Assembly: GCA_964633225.1 (NCBI GenBank)
Contig: CAZWFQ010000002.1
Span: forward strand, 26,469 to 90,468
From: an uncultured Anaerolineaceae bacterium
GTDB taxonomy: Bacteria; Chloroflexota; Anaerolineae; Anaerolineales; UBA4823
DNA length: 64,000 bases
Direction: 5' to 3'
Positions 47,986 to 56,500 of the stretch are shown here, one piece after another (the stretch's first letter is position 1; every line of letters begins with the position of its first letter). The position numbers and the translations under genes were made by a program. The notes beneath the pieces are model-generated. The model was not told the origin of the DNA. It worked only from the letters and a program-made list of their open reading frames with translations, and ran no database searches.

Positions 47986-48951
47986 TCAAGCTCCGTTACT
48001 GTTGGGTGTGCCCAATTCCAGAGGAACAGACTTCAACAGGTCATCCAACACGCTGTGCGCCGTACGGCCGCGCAGTTCTGATTCAGGTTTTAAGATCAGG
48101 CGGTGTGCCAACGTGGGCAGGGCCAGGTATTTAACATCCTCTGGCAAAACGTGATCACGCCCACGCAAAGCCGCCAGGGCCTGGGCGGTTTTGAATAGCG
48201 CCAGGCTGGCGCGTGGGCTGGCCCCCAACAGCAAGTCGGGATGGCCGCGGGTGGCATTCACCAGGCGCACCACATAATCCTGCAGGGTCTCGTCAACATG
48301 AATATCCCACACCACGCGCTGGAAATCCAGCAGGCCTTGCCCCTCCACCACCTGATCCAAATGGGTGATCGGATGCTCGCGGCGCAAATTGGATAAGAGC
48401 TGCTTTTCGTCCACCACAGATGGATAGCCCATCGAAATCCGCATCAGAAAGCGGTCCAACTGAGCTTCGGGCAAGGGGAAAGTACCTTCGTACTCAATCG
48501 GGTTTTGCGTAGCCATGACCAGGAAAGGGCGCGGCAGAGGGCGCGTGACGCCATCTACGCTGACCTGCTGTTCTTGCATGGCTTCTAGCAAGGCCGATTG
48601 GGTGCGCGGTGTGGCGCGGTTGATCTCATCCACCAGCAAGACGTTCACAAAAATTGGACCAGGCCGGAACTCAAACTGACCGCTGTGTTGGTTATAGACC
48701 GAAACACCCGTCACGTCATTGGGCAGCAGATCGGGGGTGCACTGCAAGCGCTTAAACTCCCCCCCCATACTGAGTGCCATGGCGCGCGCCAGCATAGTCT
48801 TACCGACCCCGGGCACATCCTCCACCAGAACGTGCCCTTCGCAAAGCAGTGCTGCCATGAACAGTTCAATCGCCGGGCGCTTCCCTACGATCACACGTTC
48901 CACATTCTCGATCACCGTATCGGCAAAAGATTGGATTGCTTGAACATCCAT
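47986..48951 (-). CDS. MoxR-family AAA+ ATPase.
   Basis: 321 aa. Walker A GVPGVGKT and Walker B LLVDEINR. The length and C-terminal lid are typical of MoxR. Confidence 0.9.
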   Translation of the reverse strand: MDVQAIQSFADTVIENVERVIVGKRPAIELFMAALLCEGHVLVEDVPGVGKTMLARAMALSMGGEFKRLQCTPDLLPNDVTGVSVYNQHSGQFEFRPGPIFVNVLLVDEINRATPRTQSALLEAMQEQQVSVDGVTRPLPRPFLVMATQNPIEYEGTFPLPEAQLDRFLMRISMGYPSVVDEKQLLSNLRREHPITHLDQVVEGQGLLDFQRVVWDIHVDETLQDYVVRLVNATRGHPDLLLGASPRASLALFKTAQALAALRGRDHVLPEDVKYLALPTLAHRLILKPESELRGRTAHSVLDDLLKSVPLELGTPNSNGA

Positions 48952-48955
48952 CGTT

Positions 48956-50959
48956 TTATAGCTCCTTTTTTAACCACACCTGCATGGCCCAGTGATGAGG
49001 GGCGGCGGCTGGGGCTCGGTTGGCCCAGGCATAGTACGGCACAGCAGTCAACTCAATGGGAGTGGATATGCCCGGCCCCACATGCTCTAAAGACGCCCGC
49101 CGGCACAAGAGCCCCTGCCAGGACGCATGCGGCGGCTCGACCTTCCCCGGCATGCGCAAGACGGTCACCCCGCCTAAGAGGCCCGGTTCATTCCGCACCG
49201 CGGGCAGAACAGCCGCGTTGACGGCGACATCTTGCAACCTGGCCCCCGGATAGGCTGACCAATCTCCTTGATCCACCGCCTCCAGACAGTATAGCAGTGG
49301 GCCACGCCCCAAGGCCACACGCCCAGTATTCTCCAGTGCATAGGGATGGCTCTCCAGCCAATAAGGCGGCATTCCCAATTCCAGCTCGATCACATCACCA
49401 GGCTGCCATACGCGCCGCATCTCAACATACGTGCCCGGCGTCAGGTCGGATTCCCATTGGTGCCCATTCAAGCACAGCCTTGCCTCTCCGGGCAGCAGCC
49501 ATCCTGGCAGGCGCAGGAAGAGGCTGAATGGCTCTACCAGGCCTTCTGCAGGTTGAACTTCTAATCGAATGCGTCCATCCCAGGGATAACGCGTCTCCTG
49601 GCATACTTTGACAGTCTGCTCAGGCCTGCCGGGCAGGTTGGCCACGGCTTCACCCTGACCATATAAGTGCACCCACAACCCCTCAGCCGATGTGCTGTAG
49701 AAATAAGCCGGCACGGCTGCCAGGAAGCGCACCAGGTTGGTTGGGCAGCAAGCACAGTCAAACCAGGGCTGGCGCCGGTGCCAGCCGGCATCATCGTAAC
49801 CGCCCGTGTCTGCCAGGAGATTTTCATAAAAATAGGATTGACCATCCAGACCAATGCCCGGCAAGACAGCGTTGTAAAGTGTCCATTCCAGGGCATCGGC
49901 ATAACGCGCTCGCTCCGCTTGCAAGTGATCGCGCCAGGCCAGCATGCGGCTCACCCACATGATCCCGCCAATGGCAGCACAGCTTTCGGCATAGGCGCGC
50001 CCATTTGGGAGTTCATAGGCCGCGCCGAAAGCCTCGCCTTCGTGCCGGGAACCCAGCCCGCCGCTGATATAGGTTTGGGTGGCAGCCATCTCTTGCCACA
50101 GCCGCTCAAGTGCCTGGCGCAGCACCAGGTCTTCAGTCTCGGCATATACATCTGCGGCAGCCGCGCACAGGTACATTGCCCGCACAGCATGCCCTTCCAG
50201 CCGCCCTAACTCGCGCAGTGGCACACGGTCTAGATAATATGCTCGCCCGCCCAGCAAACCGTGCCCGCGCTGAGCGATGAAATGTTGAGCAAGCTCCAGA
50301 TACGTGCGCCGCCTGGTCTGGCGGTAAAGCTCTACCAGGGCCACCTCAATCTCGGGGTGCCCGCAAATCCCAGCCCGCTTGCCGGGCCCAAATACCCGGT
50401 CAATATGATCTGCAAACCTCGTGGCTACACGCAAAAGCGTGCGGTTGCCCGTGCTGCGCCGCAATGCCACCCCCGCCTGGATCAAATGCCCGGCGCAATA
50501 CATCTCATGCATATCGCGCAGGTTGCTCCAGCGTTGACCGGCGCGGCTGCCCGTGTAATAGGTATCCAGGTAGCCATCCGATCCTTGGGCCGCTGCAATC
50601 CACCTCACCACCTGCTGCACTTGCCCCGCCAGCTCTTTGGTTGGAGCCGGATCTACCAACGCCAGGCCCCAGGCAGCCCCCTCCAACCATTTGTAAACAT
50701 CCGAATCGTTGAAACAATAACCCTGGAAGCTTCCGCCCGGGAAAGTTGACGAACCCGCTGCCCGGCGGAAGTTTTCCAAACGGCCCGTTTCCTCCAGGAA
50801 ACGATACTGCGTCGGCAAGGTGACCTGCTGGATACGCTCCAGCCAGCTCGCCCAAAAGCCACCCTTCAAGCACAGCGATGAGATGGGCAGTTGGTGCAAG
50901 TTTACCGCGGGGCTGCGTTGCAAATCTACGAGCGCGGGCTGCTTCTCGGTCATGGTCAC
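48956..50959 (-). CDS. Glycoside hydrolase family 127-like protein (DUF1680, beta-L-arabinofuranosidase-type).
   Basis: 667 aa; start GTG 50959 or ATG 50953. WFDCACCPTNLVRF matches the Cys-rich zinc/nucleophile block of GH127. Confidence 0.7.
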   Translation of the reverse strand: MTMTEKQPALVDLQRSPAVNLHQLPISSLCLKGGFWASWLERIQQVTLPTQYRFLEETGRLENFRRAAGSSTFPGGSFQGYCFNDSDVYKWLEGAAWGLALVDPAPTKELAGQVQQVVRWIAAAQGSDGYLDTYYTGSRAGQRWSNLRDMHEMYCAGHLIQAGVALRRSTGNRTLLRVATRFADHIDRVFGPGKRAGICGHPEIEVALVELYRQTRRRTYLELAQHFIAQRGHGLLGGRAYYLDRVPLRELGRLEGHAVRAMYLCAAAADVYAETEDLVLRQALERLWQEMAATQTYISGGLGSRHEGEAFGAAYELPNGRAYAESCAAIGGIMWVSRMLAWRDHLQAERARYADALEWTLYNAVLPGIGLDGQSYFYENLLADTGGYDDAGWHRRQPWFDCACCPTNLVRFLAAVPAYFYSTSAEGLWVHLYGQGEAVANLPGRPEQTVKVCQETRYPWDGRIRLEVQPAEGLVEPFSLFLRLPGWLLPGEARLCLNGHQWESDLTPGTYVEMRRVWQPGDVIELELGMPPYWLESHPYALENTGRVALGRGPLLYCLEAVDQGDWSAYPGARLQDVAVNAAVLPAVRNEPGLLGGVTVLRMPGKVEPPHASWQGLLCRRASLEHVGPGISTPIELTAVPYYAWANRAPAAAPHHWAMQVWLKKEL

Positions 50960-50969
50960 ATCGCCCGGA

Positions 50970-51716
50970 TTAATGATCAGCCAATTGGATCAGCGATGGT
51001 TGGCTCATCCCATCCGGGTCAGCATACACGCCGCGGTACTGAGGCGGCATCAACGCCGCCACCTGGTACATCAACTCGTCGGCGATACGCTGGCGCACCT
51101 GTTGGCTTGTGCCATGCAGCCCAGGAGTCAAAGTCCATAATTGGCCCACTGAAAAATGAACATCGGTACGGCGTAAGCGGCGGAAATTATCGTGGAAAGA
51201 TTCGACGCCATAAATGGCCATCGGCAGCAGTGCCGCCCCACTGTGTTGTGCCAGCAGCGAAACACCCGGATGGGCACGCTGCAGGCAGCCATTCCCACTG
51301 CGAGTACCCTCGGGTAAGATCATCAACAGCTTCCCCTGGTCCAGGGCATCCAGCCCCTGGCGCATGGCGTGGATATCCGCCTGGCCGCGTCGCAGCGGAA
51401 TTGCACCCCACAAGTCGAATAAGAAGGCCACAAAGGGCGAATTCCAGGTTTCCGTCTTGGCATAACCGGTTAGGGGACGCGGTCGGAGCGAGGTGTAATA
51501 GAGCGGAGCATCTAGAAAGTTGATATGGTTGGCTACCAGGATCACCGGTCCCTGGTACGGCACGCGTGCCAATTCATCGGTATGCACTTTGCAAAGGGTG
51601 CGCGTCAATGCACGAACCATTCCTGTAACCAGGTGATAAACCAGACCTGGTCGCCCACCCTTGATTCTCCCCTGAAGCGCGATGTAACGCAAGGTGCCGT
51701 TCAGGAAACTGCTCAT
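50970..51716 (-). CDS. plsC: 1-acyl-sn-glycerol-3-phosphate acyltransferase family protein.
   Basis: 248 aa from the ATG at 51716 (ATGA overlap with the upstream stop). HX4D motif NHINFLD and PEGTRS block. Confidence 0.8.
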   Translation of the reverse strand: MSSFLNGTLRYIALQGRIKGGRPGLVYHLVTGMVRALTRTLCKVHTDELARVPYQGPVILVANHINFLDAPLYYTSLRPRPLTGYAKTETWNSPFVAFLFDLWGAIPLRRGQADIHAMRQGLDALDQGKLLMILPEGTRSGNGCLQRAHPGVSLLAQHSGAALLPMAIYGVESFHDNFRRLRRTDVHFSVGQLWTLTPGLHGTSQQVRQRIADELMYQVAALMPPQYRGVYADPDGMSQPSLIQLADH

Positions 51717-52696
51717 CTTCCTTCCCCCGGCAAGGAGAGTATCTGTAAGGCTTGTGGCAGCAGCTCTATTTTCAGCTCGCTCCCGGCAGTGCACAATGTT
51801 TCCCCATCAGCATGCGCCGGCAAGGTTCCTTGCAAGGCTCGGATGTGCAGGCTGCGAGCCCGCTTAATTTGGACATCGGGATGCGCTTCTTGCGTGCCTT
51901 TCATAAAACGTCCAATCAAACCCAGCAAACCCGGCCGGTTGACTGCACCTACCAGGCAGATATCATACAGGCCATCTTGCATCGATGACTGCGGCGCCAT
52001 CTTGAACAAGCCGCCCATGCGCCATCCATTCATGATGGAGATCATGATCGCCCGCTGCTCAAGTTGGAAGGCATCAGTTTCAATGCGCACCAATGGTGCA
52101 TTGTGATACAACATGATCGTACGAAAAGCCGCCACCAGGTAAGTGGCAAAGCTGAATAAGCGATAGAAAGGGCTGCGATTTAGCTTGAGGGCCTCAAAGC
52201 CCACCACGGCGTCAAAGCCAATCCCTACGCCGTTGCCGAAATACAGGCCGTTGGGGTGCATTTCGCCCACCACCCGACCCACATCCAGGCTGTGCGGCTG
52301 GCAAGCCAGCAGGCGGTCCAGGCAGGCTGCCGGATCAGGTGAAGTGCCAGCTGCCAGCCCCAAACCCGCCGCAAAATCATTGCCCCGCCCCACCGGAATA
52401 ATCCCCATGATACTCTGGCCTTCGCCATTCTGGCTGGCCTGGAGCAAGCCATTCAATACTTCGTTACTGGTGCCATCGCCGCCCACGGCAATTACCACCC
52501 GGCAACCAACCGCCGCAGCCTGGCGCGCCAACTGCGTGGCATGCCCAGGGGCAGATGTCATCACCAGTTGATGGTTTAACTGCAAACGGCTTGCAGCCGC
52601 CTCAAGCAGTTGGAATGCCCGCTCACCGGCCCCGCGGCCAGCAATCGGATTGACAACAAATAGGTATTCACTTGGTTGAGTAATTAGGTTCACCAT
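51713..52696 (-). CDS. Diacylglycerol/lipid kinase (YegS/DagK family).
   Basis: 327 aa. N-terminal NP.AG(R)G loop and GGDGT motif (VGGDGTSNE). Confidence 0.8.
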   Translation of the reverse strand: MVNLITQPSEYLFVVNPIAGRGAGERAFQLLEAAASRLQLNHQLVMTSAPGHATQLARQAAAVGCRVVIAVGGDGTSNEVLNGLLQASQNGEGQSIMGIIPVGRGNDFAAGLGLAAGTSPDPAACLDRLLACQPHSLDVGRVVGEMHPNGLYFGNGVGIGFDAVVGFEALKLNRSPFYRLFSFATYLVAAFRTIMLYHNAPLVRIETDAFQLEQRAIMISIMNGWRMGGLFKMAPQSSMQDGLYDICLVGAVNRPGLLGLIGRFMKGTQEAHPDVQIKRARSLHIRALQGTLPAHADGETLCTAGSELKIELLPQALQILSLPGEGR

Positions 52697-52697
52697 A

Positions 52698-53465
52698 TTA
52701 TGGACAAGGTTGCGGCATGTTGCCGTAGTTGAAAACCAGCACCGGCGTATCTCTCAATTGTAGGATTTCCCCAGTGGTTTGCAAACACTGCCCTGTCTTG
52801 TCCTGTGTCCACACCACATCGTAGGTGATCCAATAGAAAGCAGATTGTGCATCCGAAAAAACAACAATAAAGCCGGTCGTTAAAGGTTGAATGTACAGCA
52901 CTTCCCCGCGCACACAAAGGGTTTGGCCGACATTGGCAGACGTGATTGTGGTTGCCTCCACACAGCCAGATGAATCAATGGTTGGAGATGGCGCTATGGT
53001 TGATGTTTCTGTAGGACCTCCTGCTGCACCGATCGGTGCACTGGTGGGAGTAGGCGTAACTGGACGGCGAGTAGCTGTTAGACGAGGAGAAGTGGCAGTG
53101 GGTGTTATCGAAACAACCGCTGCGGGCTCAGGGGTGGTCGGTTTGGGCGTAAACGTGGCCGTGGGGGCGGCGTCTGCAAGGCGCGCCAAGGCACTTTCGA
53201 GCGCGGGGCGCCCTGGCCCAAAGAACACCAGCCACACAAGTGCCAAGAGCAAGATAAGCGCCCCGATGCCAATCAAACGCTGGCGGCTGAACCAATTTGC
53301 CAGGGTTGGATGTGAGGCGGCTAGCTTGGCCTGGCTGGTGAACAGCCAATCTTCCCGCTGCTCAGGCACACCTAAACCTGGCTGAACAGCCTCCCCGGCA
53401 GTCTCAGACTTTGCAAGGGCTTCACGCTCGGGTTTCGAGGCTGTTCGACGAAGCTTGTTGAACAT
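52698..53465 (-). CDS. Membrane-anchored hypothetical protein with a Pro/Thr linker and a four-Cys C-terminal beta domain.
   Basis: 255 aa. TM helix LIGIGALILLLALVWLVFF, a PT-rich linker, and a roughly 90-aa C-terminal domain (CVEATTI...GQTLCVRGEV...GQCLQTTGEI...PCP) that looks OB-fold-like. Confidence 0.5.
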   Translation of the reverse strand: MFNKLRRTASKPEREALAKSETAGEAVQPGLGVPEQREDWLFTSQAKLAASHPTLANWFSRQRLIGIGALILLLALVWLVFFGPGRPALESALARLADAAPTATFTPKPTTPEPAAVVSITPTATSPRLTATRRPVTPTPTSAPIGAAGGPTETSTIAPSPTIDSSGCVEATTITSANVGQTLCVRGEVLYIQPLTTGFIVVFSDAQSAFYWITYDVVWTQDKTGQCLQTTGEILQLRDTPVLVFNYGNMPQPCP

Positions 53466-53507
53466 GCCATAAGTATATCTTAATTCCCAGAAATAATGAC
53501 TTCCGTG

Positions 53508-56500
53508 CTACTCTGATGCCTGGGAGCTAAAAAGGCAAATCGGCACAAAAACCACCCATTCGTCTTTTACAACCCAGGTCTCAACGCTGGCGGCATTATT
53601 GGTTCCGTTGGGGTCTTCTGTGCTTGATGCCAAGACTGCATGGTTGAACAGCGAACCAGAAACATCAGGAGCCGTAACCGTGACCAGGATCACGGCGGTA
53701 CTGCCAACCAGTATATTGCCCAGATCACAGGTCACCCCGCCATCTGCCTGCGAACACAGCGCAGTGGCCGAAACAAATGTCACACTGACAGGCAATGTGT
53801 CAAACAATGTGGCTTGAACCGCCGGATCGGGGCCATCGTTTGTCACCGTCAACGTGTAGACGAGGGTCTCGCCCTCCCCCACCACTGCGGGGCCTTCTTT
53901 GATCAGAGACAGGTCGGCATAACTTCTAATCGCCACAACCTCAGCCGTGGCAACGTTATTCGCTTCCTGCGGGTCAAAGGTGGCTGACCTTGCAGAGGCC
54001 TGGTTGGTGAACAGCCCAATTGCATCTGCTGCGACCACCACCGCTGCGGTCACCACTTCTCCGGTTGCCAGACTCTCCCATTCACAGATCACCACCCCAC
54101 CCGCATCCGTGCAGGGCAGGCCCACCGAAACCAACGTCGTGCTGGCTGGCAGGGTATCTGTCAAGATCACATTCAAAGCTTCGTCTGGCCCATGATTGGT
54201 CAGAGTCAAGGTGTAGGTCACCTCATCTCTTACATGGATGGCACTCGGGCTGCCCACCTTGCTCAAAGCCAGGTCTGCAGATGCCGTCACCGTCGCTTGG
54301 CCTTCCACCACACCCATGCCACAGCGGTTAAAAGCCCACAAAGTGACCGTATATACACCGCTGGCTGCATAGGCATGTATTGGGCTATCCAACGTACCGG
54401 TTACACCATCACCGAAATCCCACAGGTAGTTGTCTGCGCCGCCAGTGGTATTGGTCAAGACCAGCGTCAGGCCATCTGCGGCATGCACAAAACTTGCCAC
54501 CGGCGGCACAGCGATCTCGATCAGCGCTTGTTCGGCATCGCAGCCAAACTCATTACAGGCCGCCAGCGTGGCCGTGTAGATGCCCGCCGCGGCATATGTA
54601 TGTGTGACATTTTCGAACCCCGCAATCATCGTCACCCCATCACCAAAATCCCACTGCATCTCGGTCGCCGGCGGGATGCCCGGCTGGGTGGTATTGGTCA
54701 GAGCCACCGCTTCACCTAAGCAATGCCCAGCATCAACATCCAATCCGGCAGCCGGGGCAAGGAACGCATCCACGATGTGCAGCATGACCCCAAAGTGCGG
54801 CCTTTCTCCAACCGGACTGTTTTCAATAACGGAAAGCTCAGCCGCATAATCACCCAACGGCAGGGGCAGGGTGTTCGAGAAGGTTGACAACGCAATCGCC
54901 ACATCCAGGCTTTCTCCCGCTGGAATGGTGGCGGTCAGAGGAACCGCCTGCACCCAGGGTAAATCAACAGCCGGCACACTGACCAGCCACAAGATGGCGT
55001 TATGCATCACAATATTCATCCCGGCGGCGCTCTGATCACCGGCAATCGAAACCACCGTCCGGTCGGTCTTGGCGGCCACAAACAGCTCCCCATCTTGCCA
55101 ACGCGCCACCTCTTCAGACCCAACCGTCAGGTACGTTTCGTCTAACCGGAAATAATCGCAAATTGCGGGCACACCCGCCATGATGGGGTGTTCTGCATTG
55201 TAAGTTCCCAGGCAAGAGTTGCTGACGAGATAGATTGCACCATTTAGGGCTGTGTAAGCCTGCTCCATGAATCTGCCGCCCATCGCCAGGTAATGTGTTC
55301 CAATGGAGGACATCAAGTTAATCACCTTCCCCCCGCCATCCACATAATCTGCCAGCAAATTCCCAATCCCGGTTGGGTCTTGATACACAGCATCTGACCA
55401 GGTGATGACCACCGCATAGGCCTGGAGCTGCGCCAAAGTGGGGGTAGCATAGCGGGCATCAAAACCATCCAGCGTCTCCAGCCCACCCAAAGCCAGGAGC
55501 TGGCTGCGGATGGTAGTGATATTACTACCAGAGTGAAGCAACAAAACATCTGGCCCGGCAGCAGCAATGCTGCCATTCAACTGAAGCATACCCGGCTGCT
55601 CTACGATCTCATATTCGAGCGGTTGGCCGCCGTTATTGGCAATCTCCAGGCTAAACGGAGCGGTATAAATGCCCGTGCCGCTCACCACCCAAGACTCGAG
55701 CACCTCGCCTGTCAGGTCTACACAAGGCCAGTCGGGAACCAGGTTCACATCCAGCAGCACATCACCCTGGGCAGAGATATCCAGCGTGGTCGTATCACTC
55801 AGGTAATTGGCCCCACCAAAAATGACCTCATACTGCCCGGGGTACAACCATACCGAATAGGAACCGGTGTCCGGATCGCTCAGCGTGCTGCTGATCGGAT
55901 CCCCGTTCACAATCTCAACCCAGGCTTCAATCGCTTCGAGCGCGCAATTGTCTGCCAGCCTGCCATGCAGATGCCCCATGCCGGCGGATGGTGCGACCGT
56001 CATTGTCACTGGAATACTCAATAATGGGTTATTTACTTCATTTAATATAATGCTGTAATTACCAGGCTGATCGATGCCTGCTGCCGTGGTGGCGGTGAAC
56101 GACAATGTAAAGGGCAGTACCCCAGGCACAGTACTGCTGGCTGGGATAGTGCCCGTCAGGGGGATCGCTCTCAGCCAGGGCACACCGGTTGCGCCCTCAT
56201 CAAATTCAAAATCATAGGGCAGCGGCAGCCGGTTATAGAGGCTTCCGGTGATCGTAGCCGTGCCCTGCCAATCCAACCAGGCATGCACGGGCGCCGGCAT
56301 AAAAGCTAACCAGGCAGCTAAGGAAAAATTCTGCTGCGTACTAATCCCCGAAGATATCTCAAGCACGGCAAAGCCAGCCGCATACCCCTGCATCGTCGCC
56401 GTCACCACATGAGGGCCCTGATCGAGGTACATTTCATAGGAACCATCAGGCCGCGTGAGAGCCAAAGTGCCGTTTTCTGCTTCCAGAGTGACACCGCCCA

